NCBI GenBank assembly: GCA_028023455.1
Contig: JAQFVV010000010.1
Location: 14,012,001-14,076,000 of the forward strand
From: Epiperipatus broadwayi
Taxonomy: Eukaryota > Animalia > Onychophora
Direction of reading: 5' to 3'
Length of the DNA: 64,000 nt
The position numbers were made by a program, and so were the translations under genes. The notes below the pieces were generated by a model that ran no database searches, was not told the origin of the DNA, and was given only the letters and a program-made list of their open reading frames with translations. Positions 24,048 to 37,515 of this stretch are shown one piece after another. Each line of letters starts with the position of its first letter. Within the stretch, counting starts at the first letter, position 1.

Positions 24048-26257
24048 GCTTTTTAGAAAGTCTGTTACTATTTGTTCTCTTCACATGACCATTGTCCAAT
24101 AAGGATGTGCTTATAAGTATTGAATTCAATAGTAGTATCATATTCAGCTATTTAGAAACGTAGCATAAGATTATAAAAAATATGGTGGTAAGATCTTATT
24201 AGTAATGTAAATCAGTGATGATAAGCTATTGTAATCTACTGTATTCTGCACAGTTCTATTTGATTGCTGAATCAACAATGGCAATATGAATCATCGCTAA
24301 GCAAAACTTTGTTGACGTTTTGTGGAGCTTAAGCCTGCCCATTAACTTTTGGCATAGAATATGCATTGTCATTACTAGCTTATGAACCGACTTTTTGCCG
24401 CTGTTGAAGTGAGACATATTAATAGCATGTTGATGCGTAAATTTAGAAATTATATGTGGACCTGCTAATGTCAAACTACCATTGGGTTGATTACAGTCTT
24501 TTAAGCATTTCTGATTTGGGAATTTTCTTTATTTCTATTGAATTTTGTCATGCTTAATTTAATATGAAGCACAGATAATTTTTCAAATGCTATTTGAAAA
24601 TAGATTACTGCTTGCATATTATTACCTCCAACTGATGATTTGCATGTTTTACTTTCTCACTTCTGTGAATATTACTTAGCTGAATATCAATGTCTCTGGG
24701 GTCAGCTAGACTATGTAATTGTAGATGAACTTCATAAAAGTCTTAATGTGTTTGTAGATAGTCTTATGTCTGTACACAAATACACTTATACATGACTGTT
24801 TGTATAAATCGGTTTTATATATAGTCATCAAAGTATAAAAAAATTTACAAAATTTTATGATCAACTCCACCTTGTAAAAGATTGATGGTTTTCTAAAAAT
24901 GATTGTAATTAAATTTTCAGCTAATTATTATCGGGAATAATCCAGGTGTAAAATTAAATTTTTTGTTATATCCAATTTGTCAGATATATTAGATTAATTG
25001 TGACATTTTATTTAATATAAACTTTTATTTTTAAAAAGTTTTATGCATTCATTAATTATAAACTTTATATTCTTTTAGAAATATATATATAAACAAATAT
25101 AACAATTTAATATTTGCCATCAACTGGCAGTGCTATCTAATAATATAGAGCCCAAATTAATAAGTTGGAATAATGGACCAGCTTTTTTCTGCATATCTAA
25201 ACTTATGAATAAACCATAACTCCAACATTATAATGAGTGAATGATTAATCAAACCAAGAATGTTAACATCGGCAAACTCCATAACTTTTTAATTTTTAGT
25301 TATGAGGTAATAATTTCTGAAACTTATAAATAGCTATGACTTAAAACATACTTCAAATATAACTAGTGCACAATGCTAACAATTATTATGAATAAATGTC
25401 ACAACAAACAATGCTGTCTAGTATTAAAAAGCCTAAATTGTTAGCAATGGAAAAAGGAACTTTGTTTACTCATTTAACTCGTATGTAGACCTCAACTCAG
25501 TCGCTAGAACAGAGAAGCAAATAATTAAATAAGTTTATTACCATGGCAACACACAATTAACTTTTCAAATTTCCCTTCATAATGGCAGACAAAACATTTT
25601 ATATAATAACTTCCTACGGATTTTTTTCAAAAACAGAAAGTCATGCATAATCTGCTAATAAGGTTATGAAAATGGGAAATCTTCAAAGATTCATTATTCT
25701 AATCTTATCAAATCAAATTGTCTAGTCTTCCATATATACAATATTGAAAACATCTATTCTGTGCGACTTTTGGAGTGACTTTGATCAACAATAATTTAAA
25801 CAATCTTTTTAGAAACGATTACATAGAAATTCTCTTAGGAATAGTTTGTTTGAGGAAAACTATGTAGTGCAATGGCTTCACATTGAGATCTTTCTGGAAT
25901 CGCAAGAAGAAACTCTTCAATAGACATATTCAATTGAACTTTTCAGCAAAGAATTTTACTGGTACTCAAGACTATTCTATGACATAATTCTTCACCAGAT
26001 ATCGATAGTAAAAATAGCCTCATAGAAAATAGATACAAAGTATTAATTAGACAGTTTTCCATTAACTCAAAACAGTTTCATCAATTCACACATCTTTCAA
26101 ACCAGGACATTTCTTTATGAAAGCTAAATGAGGAAACCCTTCAAACCACAGAATTATGACTTAAGAGAATGACTTTATACTAATGTAGTGGCGGGAAAAA
26201 TTATGCATTATTTTTTGTGTATTTTTTTAATTTTTATTTTATTTTATTTTTTTTAAA

Positions 26258-26311
26258 GTGTCATAGCATCAGCCGGGACGCGAACCCGCAACCCGGGCAA
26301 CTGCCTGCAAG
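26258..26311 (-). mobile_element. tRNA-Gly-derived SINE, 5'-truncated
   Basis: Reverse complement of ...cttgcaggcagttgcccgggttgcgggttcgcgtcccggctgatgctatgacac, with a T-rich tail to the left. Confidence 0.8.
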
Positions 26312-26469
26312 TATATGACTATATGGAACTTTTAGATCTTATCGTTGCTATGGTGATGGAAATAATACAAAAAATATATTGATAAATATTTCCCATTTCT
26401 ACATCTTTAATTAAGTAATAATAAATTTATTTTATATACTGTTGTATATTAATTAAAAGGAAAATTTGT

Positions 26470-26589
26470 TTCTTTTTTTCCCTCCCCATATGTCATAGCA
26501 TGGGCCGGGAGGCGAACCCACAACCATCTGCAACCAACTACTTGCTTGCAAAACGGCTGCGATGACCTCTCGGCTAACAACACTTGACA
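26470..26589 (-). mobile_element. tRNA-Gly-derived SINE, long subfamily
   Basis: Same leader (gtcaag) and trailer (atgacat) as the other copies, with the extra gcaa and gttggttgcaga segments. Confidence 0.82.
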
Positions 26590-27074
26590 AGTTGTTTCTT
26601 TTATTTGAGTTCTGTGTAAAAAAAAAAAAAGTTTCTACTTGTGGATTCAAACTGTTTTTAAAATACAATAAATTATAGTTTTTTTTATTGGAAAACAAGA
26701 TTTAAATCCTGTAAAGAATTCAATAACATGTTTAATGAAAAATAATCTTAAAATATTTATCGAAAAAAGAATAATTAAAAGCAAACTAAAAGTTTATAGA
26801 GATGAAACTGATAGTTCAATGGTGACTTATGAATTATCAATTCAATTAACAATTAATAAGACAATAAGTTGCAGCAAGCCATTTATCATAGAATTATTAA
26901 AGAGTAGAATTCAGCCCCAAAAAATACTGATAGAGTAAAAACTGGCTTGATTTAGTTTAGTGTATGTTGGCCAAAATTCTTGAATAATGTCTGGATATAA
27001 AATCAATTTTGAATCATTTGCTAGGTGCTTATCTGTGCAGTTTTCAAGAACCTCTTAACACTATTGTGTGCGTT

Positions 27075-27088
27075 ACACACACACACAC

Positions 27089-27138
<50 letters not shown>
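27075..27138. repeat. (CA)n microsatellite
   Basis: About 64 bp of CA repeats with one interruption. Confidence 0.99.
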
Positions 27139-27140
<2 letters not shown>

Positions 27141-28103
27141 GAGCCAACCTAAAGAACTATTACAAACATTTCTATGGAAAATTAATAAAGTAGCAAGGGA
27201 TAAATCTATATTTTATACTGAAACTGTTGAAATTATTATTATATCTACTAAAAGTAAATAGAGTTATCTACAAGTTAAGGAAAGAAACCCCAATATGGAT
27301 GCCTATGCAGTCGACTTGAAATCCAAATTTTTTTTAATGTTTAAATTATTATTCACAATGACCATTTTATCTTTGCTAGACATTATTGAGGGTTATGCAA
27401 AATATTTGATATATTTAGGTTTGAAATCAAACATTTAAATAATTTCTAAGTAATAGCTTATTTTTTAAAAAATTATTTAATCTTGGTATTATTGAATTTT
27501 GCATTATTGTATTCATATACACTATTGATAAGCAATATATTAATTATAATTAGAAGTTTATATATATGTAGTAACTTTAAATTATATATGTATTTGTGAT
27601 AAAATATTATTCCAACCAATAATAGACTACTTTAAAAAATTGGACTTTGAAACATTTTACTTAAATGATAAAGAATAGTTGTAATGGGACCTTAATAAAT
27701 CTTCATAATTATAATTATGTAAGTAGCCAATTCATATATAGTTACTATTGTTTTTGTTATTTATTATTTTTAACTCATTTGGTACTTTTTTTATTGTTGT
27801 TTTCACATTTAAATATTAATTTTATTGTAATCTCATACTACTTTACTAGGTTTTGATTGGAAATGTAAATGGAAGTTGTTTTATGCAGAGGGAAAATGGT
27901 ACCATAAATAAAGATTTCTTTTCTGCAGATATACATGTGAAATTAGGGGATTTGATTCAGTTATAGAATTAACACCCTAATGTATGGTTATATTTGCAAG
28001 TTGGCTTTCATGATTACTCATAAAATATCACCCAATTTTCCGTTTCATACTCAACATAACAACATGTGATAATATTTCCTCAAAAACTACCATCAAAAAT
28101 TTC

Positions 28104-28144
28104 ACACGAGTGGCAATATGTATAGAGAGTTTTGCCTGTTTTAA
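28104..28144 (+). mobile_element. 41-bp family B fragment with 13-bp TSD
   Basis: gagtggcaatatgtatagagagttttgcctgttttaa matches the family B 3' region; flanked by CATCAAAAATTTC at 28091-28103 and 28145-28157. Confidence 0.8.
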
Positions 28145-28175
28145 CATCAAAAATTTCCTGTTCAATATATATACA

Positions 28176-28262
28176 AGGAGAGAAGTTGCCTTGACAACAG
28201 TGAGAAATATTGATTACTATCTATATTGGTATGTTTAGCTGCTTACTGTTTTCTAATGGTTA
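28176..28262. mobile_element. Partial copy of the 120-bp palindromic MITE at 39521
   Basis: About 80 bp near-identical to 39557-39640; left TIR missing. Confidence 0.75.
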
Positions 28263-28910
28263 TATACATATATGCATGTACATAAATAGGATGATTATAA
28301 TCAAAATATCTATTGAAAGCTATTAACATGGATGTTCTTGTAACAAATTTATAATGAAAATATTTTCTGAACATACAGACAGTTGTTTATCTGAAGAAAA
28401 CATTTTTTTTCCAAAATCACAATAAGATGACCTAAAAAGACAATTTATTTAGACAATGGATTAATACAGAAACATATTCTAGGCATTTCACAAAGATAGA
28501 AAAATGTTGATGATTGTCATCTTACAGAACTGGGCATTAGTATAAAACTATTATCCAACACGATGTTACTATTATTCTTAATGAATTGATATACTTAAAG
28601 CTCTAGTGAAGAGATTACGAACATGATGTCTCTTCAGAAAGATTAGAGAGTGTTATTAGAAAGAGAATAGGAACAAATAATAGTCAGAATATTTGATGGT
28701 AGTTAACTTATTTGTTGGTGATGAATAGGTTCTAATAATTGTGATTGCAGTTTTCAAAGCAATTAGATTTGCCATTTGGCAGTAGGTCATGTGGAAAAAT
28801 CATTTGTAAGTATTGTTTTAAATGATTCACCACAACTCACTTGTACTTTCTTTAATAAAAAAGGCAGATGAAGATTTATTCTGGTATACTAAAATTTGTG
28901 TGGGATAAAT

Positions 28911-29183
28911 GAATTTAAGCCAATAAACATCACATGACCACCACCTCTTATGTTTGGTATAACTGTTGTTAAAACAGGCAAAACTCACTATACGTATTGC
29001 CACACACAGCAAGCTAAGATCTAGGTGCAGTGCTCTCAGATCCAAGGCTCCTCACTGACGAAGGCCACAAGCCAGAAACTAATCTGGGGATATTGGATGA
29101 GTAGGCACTAGGTGGGGATTTTATGCACAAGCCTTCTGGCATCCATTGATTACTCTAGCTTGCTGTGTGTGGCAATACGTATA
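28911..29183. mobile_element. Family B hammerhead element, inverted composite
   Basis: Minus piece about 28911-29020 joins plus piece about 29021-29183; about 30 nt overlap as an inverted repeat; 11-bp TSD GTGGGATAAAT at 28900-28910 and 29184-29194. Confidence 0.9.
29050..29089 (+). ncRNA. Hammerhead ribozyme (B4)
   Basis: CCUCA CUGACGA AGGC CACAA GCCA GAAA CUAAUC UGGGG. Confidence 0.82.
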
Positions 29184-30934
29184 GTGGGATAAATAAATCT
29201 TAATTTTAAAAGCTCTTGTGAAATGTGGATGCTGAACGTTGTTACTTTCAGACTGTGCTGGTCAGAATTTGTCTGACCCTTGTTCAACCTATCACTTTTG
29301 TATATTATGTATCAAAACAAGTTTATCAAATACCCACAAAAAACTGTATCTTCAAAACATGAGCAATTAATCTTATTTCTATCCAATATGCTTAAAATTA
29401 TCAAAAAATAACTAGGTTTTACAAGTGTTTATGACCTTCTTGTAAAGCATTACCTCATTTGATTTTTTTTTACCTTTTGAAAGTCCGAAGGGAGAGGGGG
29501 GGTTAGGATTCAACATAATGTTACTGCATGACAGCCAAAGTAATCTACTAGCTATAATAATTATTATTGGTTTGTTATATCCTGTTACCTGGTAACCCCT
29601 GCCTACTCAGATTATGTATATGTTTAAACAAATAACTATCTTTCTTTGATATTTTAGATGATTCATTTCATTGATTAATTTTTATTGTGGACTTTTGGAA
29701 TATTTTCTAACGATATTTTTCTCTGATAAAGTCAAAAGTAAGATTATTTGTGATCTTTGTGCTTAATGTCATCATAACATTTACTCTAGAGAGTGATTTG
29801 CTTTTTTAGTTTGTTTTGAAACATCAATTAACTAGAATGGAAATAAAAACGAAACTTTATTTCATTTTTAAAAACAATTTTAATTGTCAATAGAATTTAT
29901 TGACCTACTATAATCTGTAATCAGAAACAGTTCTGAATTAATAAACGGGATTAGAATATTACCTTCCTCCCCTTTACTTAAATTCATTTTTTAATAGCTT
30001 GAATTGGTAGTGGCAAATTGATCTTGCTAGTAATAGATGTTATTGCTTAATTATTGTATTCTATTACTTATTGAAAGTTTAATATACATCTTATTATTGA
30101 AAGTTTCTTTAGAATTTATAATTTATGCAGATTTTTTTATTATTATTCAGAGCATAAAAACATGAAAATTGTTTTGTGAAAATGGTGATGCTAGTAAGGT
30201 AGACATCTTTAATTCAAGTTTAGAGGTTATCACTTCAAGCATTATATATATATGCTATATCCATTATTACAGAGTCCTTCCAACTAGTATCTTTAACTCA
30301 TTTTTCTATTTTAAATTTTAATTCCTTGGATGTTTAGAAAAGTATCCAGTATGTTCCAATTCTTGAACAGCTTAATATTTAAATGGATATCATGAACTTG
30401 GGTTGCATCACATGTTAATTCTTTGATGTACTTGGTGGTGCCATTTTTTATATTCAGCTCACTTATAATAATTGTTTACCCAAAGGCAAGAATTCAAGCA
30501 GCTTTTTTTTTTTTGGTGCTAGATAAGATTCTTGCAACACCAAATGCTTACATTAAATCGTATTACGATTGGATAAATTAAAAAACAAAAAACAGAATTT
30601 TAATAATAGAGAAAATTATTCTTGAACTAACCTTAGATTTTTTTATATTTGTAATTGAACATACTTTTGAGATGTAAACAGGCATTCAAGAAAGAATATA
30701 TGATTCAGGTTTATTGAGGAAATTTACATACAGAAAAAAAGTTTTTATGCATATAGTATTAATCAATTGGATTAAAATTATTTAAACATAAGGAGTATAT
30801 AGATTTTTGAAATCAAATTCTATGTTATTCTTAATTTTTAAAATTTATACTACAGTTATCTTTCTTCTTATAATTTTATCTTTTTACTATTTTCTTTTCT
30901 TTTATTAAAGATCATGATTTGCTTCAAGAAATTT

Positions 30935-31170
30935 AGTATTTTAGCTATTTATCGATGATTATCTAATTATTTGAATCATCTTGGCTTCTTTTTTAAACGT
31001 TATTATTTGTAAAACAACCAGTGTTTTAATTGTAAATTATTCATCCAATGTAAGAAAGTATAAGTATTAGTATTTTAGCTATTTGATGATAGTACTATAT
31101 TACTGCCGGAATCATCGTTGCTTTATTGTAAATATTTATGAAGCAACCCTTGTTTTAATTGTAAATTATT
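30935..31170. repeat. Diverged tandem duplication, period about 133 bp
   Basis: agtattttagctattt...gaatcatc...tgttttaattgtaaattatt occurs twice. Confidence 0.65.
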
Positions 31171-33130
31171 TTTACAACTTAGGAAACTGTATTTCTCTGT
31201 GTTTTAATTTGAGCTCTTAATTGTTTTAATTTCATATAAGAAAACAGGAGCTGAGGATGTTCAAAGTCTTGGAATAGCCTGAAATCTTCATTTTTTTATT
31301 ATTATTATGAACCCTTAACATTATTGTATTAATTACCTTTATCTTTTAAAAAGATTTGAAAAAAGTTTACAGTTTTCAGTCTAAGCAATAAGAAATTAAT
31401 AAAAGTTACAATGATTCACGGCACAGTTACTTTAACTCAGTAGTTGATTTCCAGAAGAAATCGGCTCCCTAGTAGTTCTCTACTATTTTGGTTTAAAGTT
31501 TGAAATATCTCTGTTCTATATCATCTGTTTTTATAGAGAATATTTTGTAACTAAGCACAGTTTTCAAAAAGACTATTGTGAACCATACAGTTATTCTTTC
31601 ACAACTTATGGATCTTTTGTAAAAATTAAAAAAAAAAAGGCGAATAATTATTTGCTTAGAAGATTATATGGTAGATTGAGCTTCAACTCATAAATGTTTA
31701 ATTCATAAATCCAAAACTGCATAGGGTTATAGAACTCATCTTACTAATACTATTACTAATAATATTATTAATAGCATTAACAAAACTGACTAAAATTGAA
31801 AATGATACTCATCAGTGATCTAAATTTTTCCAGTTTTTGGTTTCTCTACCCTGATGAATTATGAAAGAATTTGATGTAATAATCAGTTGATTGCTACTCT
31901 GTTATTAGCTCTGACTATCTAATTTTGTAAAAGAAGCAATCAAAGAAAACATTTTGTATACATACTTTAATTACATATACAAAGTTCAGTTTGAAATATG
32001 ACATATCAGAAGAAAAATATAGAAAGATTATTGGATGGCAATAAATAAATTTATTGTTGAACAATTACATGAAAATTCAGTTAAAGATCTATACAATGTT
32101 GGTCACATTATTTATTTATTTATAAGATATACCAATCAAAATTTATTACTGATTAAATCAAGTATTTTAATAGCATAAAGTAAATAGGAAAACAAATAAA
32201 ATTGAGTCATAACAATTTTTTGGAGATGTCTGATTTTCACTTTCTACTAAATGAAATATTTAGAAAACCATAACAGAATAAATAAATAAATAATAAGAAG
32301 AACCAGATAGGGCTTCAATTCAATTATAATTTGTTGTAAGAATGTATTTAATTTTTTTACAACACTGCTGATGCTATCTTGCATAATTTGCTTATGAATT
32401 TCATATTTCAGGATCATACTTTTCATTATAGAGAATCAATTAAACATCTTAATATTTTCTTTCATTAAAACCTCTTCATAGGTGACTAATATATTCTAAA
32501 ATTTTAAAGTTTTATTTTAGAATACGTTCTGATATTGATATTTCATCACACTTTTAAAGTACATTTTAATTATTACCACATTGTAAAAAATGATTATTTA
32601 TTGAGTTATTTGTGTTATATAATGATTTTTTTTTATTTGAAAATAAATTATTTAACATAAGTTGAAGATGCCTTTCCATTATGGACTTTCTCATAATTGT
32701 TAATTTTAAGATTTGCCTTTAAAATTACTTGGTCATCAAAAATAAGTAGGACGTCAGGGAAATAAATATTTCAGATATGTTATAGTTGAATCACCAAATA
32801 TCTCTGAACTTCTATAACTGTTAATTGCTAAAATATACATTATTTATATTTTATTCATTTATGAATAAATTTATTTATAAATTGACAATTTATTGCATAT
32901 ATAATAATATAATATAGTAACTACATAAAACTCAACCATTTTTTTATTAGCTTCCATTATATTTTAAAGTTTAGAATAACAATTTTTTATAACCCCCCCC
33001 ACATATATACGAGTTAAACTATACTATGATTTGAAAAAATTATTATAGTGTGTAGATGCATGAACTATTATGCTACAAAGTTCTTGCTAGGGAATGTGAA
33101 TCAGTTTAAATTCTTGGTATCTTTTTAAAT

Positions 33131-33424
33131 CAGTGGCTCTCAGTCTTCCTAATGCCTGCGACTTTTTAATACAGTTCCTTAGATTGCAGTGACCGCCAAC
33201 CTTTAATTTTGCTACTGTTATGAATCGAAAATAAGTGTTTTCCAGTTTTCCAATGGTCTTAGGCGACACCCATGAAAGGGTTTCTTGACCCTCAAAGGCA
33301 TCATGACCCATAGGTTGTGAATCGAAAATAAGTGTTTTCCATTTTTTCAATAGTCTTAGACGACACCCATGAAAGGATTGCTCGACCCTCAAAGGGGTCA
33401 TGACCCACAGGTTGAGAACTGCTG
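33131..33424. mobile_element. hAT MITE resembling SPIN/URR1 non-autonomous elements, with about 100-bp internal duplication
   Basis: TIRs cagtggctctca / tgagaactgctg; exact 8-bp TSD TTTTAAAT at 33123-33130 and 33425-33432; internal blocks cttcctaatg..gcgac..tttaatacagttcct and ggtcttaggcgac..tgaaaggg..gaccc.caaaggggtc.gacccacaggttgag match URR1/SPIN as I remember it. Confidence 0.88.
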
Positions 33425-34004
33425 TTTTAAATAAAAAGGCAGACTTTGTTATTGAGATCTCAAGTTAAAAGAATAGTTCATCATAAGGATATAACTACTT
33501 TTAACTAACCAAATTAGTTGTATATAGAACTGTTATTCTGTCATATGTATTGTATGAAAATGGAATGTGAACTCAATATCAATGTAACAAAGGCACTGGA
33601 AAATTTTCATTTGGGAATGGTTTTTAATATTTTGAAAATATGATGATTAAATCCTAAAGCAATTGCTATGTTCTTTAATTTTCTGGATGGGATGATATTG
33701 GATCACAATTGTAAGAACACATTTTTAAAAATCTTAGTTATTATGCGAAGTAGAATCACATTTAGTTTATAGATATTATCTTAAAAGATACTTTTGTCAA
33801 GAAGTACAATATTAATTGCTTTTATTAGGAGGATATAACTGAGAATAGAATACAATAAAATGGTTTATTCAGTCACAGTTTTGAAATTTTTCAAAAAGAA
33901 AAATTCACTATGGAAGAAATTAAAAGACAGTCATGCAAAGTATCAACTTAAAAGATTATAACAGAAATGCAAAGTATCAAATTTAAAAGATTATAAGATT
34001 ATAA

Positions 34005-35575
34005 GAATTATATAGTAATAAAGAACAAGTACCTCCTATATCTATTACATCTTCCAAATTGCCCAGAATTTTAAATGAAGAAGTGAGAAATGCAATTAAA
34101 TGTATGAAGAAAGGAAAGGCTCCAGGAAATGATGGAATTATAATTGATATATTAAAAGAAGCAGGTGAAGAAACAGAAATTTTTTTAGCAAAGTTATATA
34201 CCAAATGTCTAAATGATAAAGATGTACCGGATGATTGGAAGAATGCAGTAATAATATTAATATTTAAAAAAGGTGATAAAGAAGATATTAGAAATTACAG
34301 ACCTATCAGCCTTTTATCAGTTTTATATAAAATTTTTATCAAGATAATTACAACTCATCTACAGAGAACATTGGATTTCCACCAACCAAGAGAACAAGCT
34401 GGATTTAAAAGTGGTTTTAGTACAGTAGATCATATTCAGGTACTGAGAGAAGTTATAGAAAGGACAAATGAATATGAGTTGTCATTATGTTTTGGATTTG
34501 TAGATTATGAAAAGGCATTTGATTCTATAAACATTTCTTCAGTGATTAAAGCATTGGATCATCAAGGTATAGATCCAGGATATTGTCATATTTTAAAGAA
34601 TATTTATAAAAATGCAACAGCAACAATTAGATTACATAATGATACTGGCAAAGTCAACATTGAGAAAGGTGTAAGACAAGGTGACTCCATATCTCCAAAA
34701 CTTTTTACAGCAGTGCTGCAAGAAGTATTTTGTGGATTAAAATGGGAAACTAAAGGAGTGAAAGTAAATGGAGATTATTTAAGTCTTTTAGATTTTGCAG
34801 ATGATGTAGTTGTTTTTGAAAATAATGCTTCAGAGCTGCAGGAAATGTTGCAGGAGTTATCAGATGAAAGTAGGAAAGTAGGACTAAAGATAAATGTTAA
34901 AAAGACTAAAGTAATGTTTAATTGATTTGCTCAAAATATGAAAATAAAGATTGATTATGATGAATTAGAAGAAGTTAACAGTTACAAATACCTTGGTCAG
35001 ATTATTAATACAGATGGAAACATAATGGAGGAAATTAATCATAGAATTAAACTTGATTGGGGTGCTTTTGGTAGAAATAACTTGATACTAAAAGGAAATA
35101 TGCCTATGTGTTTGAAAAGGAAGGTTTTTAACACATGTGTTTTACCAGTTCTTACTTATGGATCTGAGACTTGGACACTCAATAGAAGAGCAATACAGAG
35201 ACTTCAGACCACTCAAAGAAGTATGGAGAGATGTATGTTGGGAGTAACAAGAAGAGATTGAAAATGCAATGTATGGGTAAGAGAACAAACAGGTGTTACT
35301 GACCTCATTGAAAAAATTAAAAGATTGAAGTAGAGTTGGGCTGGACATATTGCTAGAAGAGATGATAATAGATGGACAATTGAAATTTTAAACTGGATTC
35401 TAAGAGTTTGTAAAAGACCCAGAAAAAGACCACATGTGAGATGGATGGACAAAATAAGAAAGGATGCAGGGGTGATGTGGAGAAGAGAAGCTAAAGATCG
35501 GAGATGGATTAAACTTGGAGAGATCTTCATCCTGCAGTGGATTGATAATGGTTGATAATGATGATGATGATGATG
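34005..35575 (+). mobile_element. 5'-truncated RTE-clade LINE with (GAT)n tail
   Basis: RT motifs KAPGNDG, NYRPISLL, QAGFKSGFS, FVDYEKAFD, GVRQGDSISP, FADD; C-terminal WAGHIAR; ends gataatgatgatgatgatg. Confidence 0.96.
34059..35553 (+). pseudogene. RTE reverse transcriptase, single frame with in-frame stops near 34923, 35259 and 35331
   Basis: Track ORFs 34059..34925 and 34938..35261 share one frame, which continues to ...ILQWIDNG* at about 35553. Confidence 0.92.
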
Positions 35576-35813
35576 TCTAACGCTTTGATAAATATATAAA
35601 AAGATTATAAGATATTAGGTAAGATTTGTACAGTCATTAAAAAAACTTATTTTTTTTTGCATTGAAGTTATTTTTCTGGAGTTAGAATGGGTATATGTTT
35701 TTAGGAATGAGTCACATAGAGATTTTTGCTACTTGAATATTTTTTTAAAATATTTTTATTTTACAATTTATTTTAATTGGAATGTCTGTTATACATTAAA
35801 TCATGATAAAAAA

Positions 35814-35928
35814 GTCAAGCGTTGTTAGCAGAGAGATCAGCACAGCCGCCTTGCAAGCAAGCAGTTGGTTGCAGACGGTTGTTGCGGGTTCGCCTCCCAG
35901 CCGATGCTATCCACATATGAAAAAAAAA
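35814..35928 (+). mobile_element. tRNA-Gly-derived SINE, long subfamily
   Basis: gtcaagcgttgttagcagagag...ccgccttgcaagcaagcagttggttgcagacggttgttgcgggttcgcctcccagccgatgc followed by an A-tail. Confidence 0.85.
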
Positions 35929-36942
35929 GTCTTTTACCACACAGCAGATTTCAAAAATTTCTATTGTAATTAAATTGCATTAAATAAAAGCAAGATAATT
36001 TATGAGATTTATATTAAAATGCATAAATACTCCCCATTTTCTTTCAAATCTTATTTATTTATTACCGAATCATTAATATCCACTCCCCCCCATGTTTCAA
36101 TTACCTTAAATGGTCATTGTTAAAGGACTGCAATATATATTCATACATACACAAATGAAAAAAGTTCTTAAGAAAACATTTTTAACAATTTAACAAATCA
36201 TATTAAACTTTTTAAAATGTCAAAAGAGAAAAATATATATAAAAGTGTTATGTTTTTAATCCAAGGATTATATTATGATTTTAGTTGAAAACCACTTTTT
36301 CCCTCAAGTTTCTACCAAGCTACTGGTGTTCAAAAACTACATTTTACCTCTATGCTAAAAAGAAAAACTTTGCAAACCATTACGCACAGTTTTATCATTT
36401 TCTAAAAATTTTATTATCTTATTTTTTGCATTTTCTCTCCAAATCTTATTATAAATTAGGACATTAAAATATATAAAGTAATTCTGTAATAAAAGTGCCA
36501 GGAAAACAAGATGTATTAATGATTCAAATTTTGAAAGAAAATTAACATTTTGGTATGTATTATATATGTTTTTGGATTATTTTGGAAAGGTGATAAAGAT
36601 ATGGAAGAAATAATTCCTAAGAAAATAAATAGTCATTTAATAAATTATTTAGGAAGAAAAATTAAGGTAGGCGGAAAAAAAAAAGTGAAGCACTTTATAT
36701 TTTGATAATCTTGGAGATTTCTGTTAATTGGCCAATAATAAAAAATACAATTAAAAAAAAATATTTTTTTCATTGTAGTTCAAATGAAATATTTTTAAAT
36801 ATAATTTTCTATAATTTTGAAATAAAATTATTTTGAATTACAAGGATTTTTATCTTTACTTTTCCGTTCAATTTTATCTAATGGTGATCTGTTAAATGGG
36901 AAATATAGTTCATTGAATTAGTTCAATGAAAAAAAAGTTTAT

Positions 36943-37151
36943 AAGGTGATATAAGATGGACAATTGAAATCTTAAACCGGATTCCAAGAGATTGTAAAAG
37001 ATCCAAAAAGAGACCACATGTGAGATGGATGGAATAAGAAAGTGTGCAGGGGTGATGTGGAGAAGAGAAGCTAAAGATAGGAGATAGATTGAATTTGGAG
37101 AGATCATCCTACAATGAATTGATAATGGTTGATGATGATCATGATGATGAT
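36943..37151 (+). mobile_element. 3' fragment of the same RTE family
   Basis: Collinear with about 35360-35575, including the (GAT)n tail. Confidence 0.92.
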
Positions 37152-37441
37152 ATATACAAAATAAAAATAAAAATTTTTACTTTACAAATTGGAATATGTT
37201 TGCATAATGACAAGCAATTTGGCATAGTGATAATTTATTTGCCCATCAAGCCCATTCCCAGGAGTTCATATCTGAGTGTACTTGACAATTTTTTGTTCAT
37301 ATTACAATCAGACAAAATTTTATTTCAGGGGGTAAGCTTTTAACCAATCATTTAATCATCTAATATTGGTTGGTTAAATGGATATCTGGCTATTCTTAGC
37401 TAGATGGTGAAACAAGAATGGAAAGACGTTCAAACACTTAC

Positions 37442-37515
37442 CATCTGCCATTTTTCAAGCGTGACGAATATTATCTTCAATTTTTTCCACTGCGAGACCT
37501 CTGCATTGCAATGGT
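37442..37515 (-). other. Candidate host exon carrying a start codon (aaaaATG GCA GAT G / gtaagt)
   Basis: Canonical GTAAGT donor at 37441-37436 immediately after ATGGCAGATG; local CpG retention; acceptor uncertain. Confidence 0.35.

Noticed and set aside
24256-24474. 72-aa minus ORF in a slightly GC-richer patch
   Set aside because: No recognisable domain or convincing splice sites in any frame.
25460-26140. Possible decayed coding block with Cys/His pattern (KCFVCHYEGKFEKLIVCCH) on the minus strand
   Set aside because: Many stops and no family I can name; needs TBLASTN or HMM support.
27025-27261. ORF with poly(TH)
   Set aside because: Produced by the (CA)n microsatellite.
31851-31870. 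CTGATGA-attat-GAAA
   Set aside because: Stem II is at most 1 bp and there is no stem I or III; expected by chance in AT-rich DNA.
33985-35613. aaaagattataagat on both sides of the RTE as a TSD
   Set aside because: The right copy lies about 23 bp beyond the (GAT)n tail and the left lies in a local tandem duplication; ambiguous.
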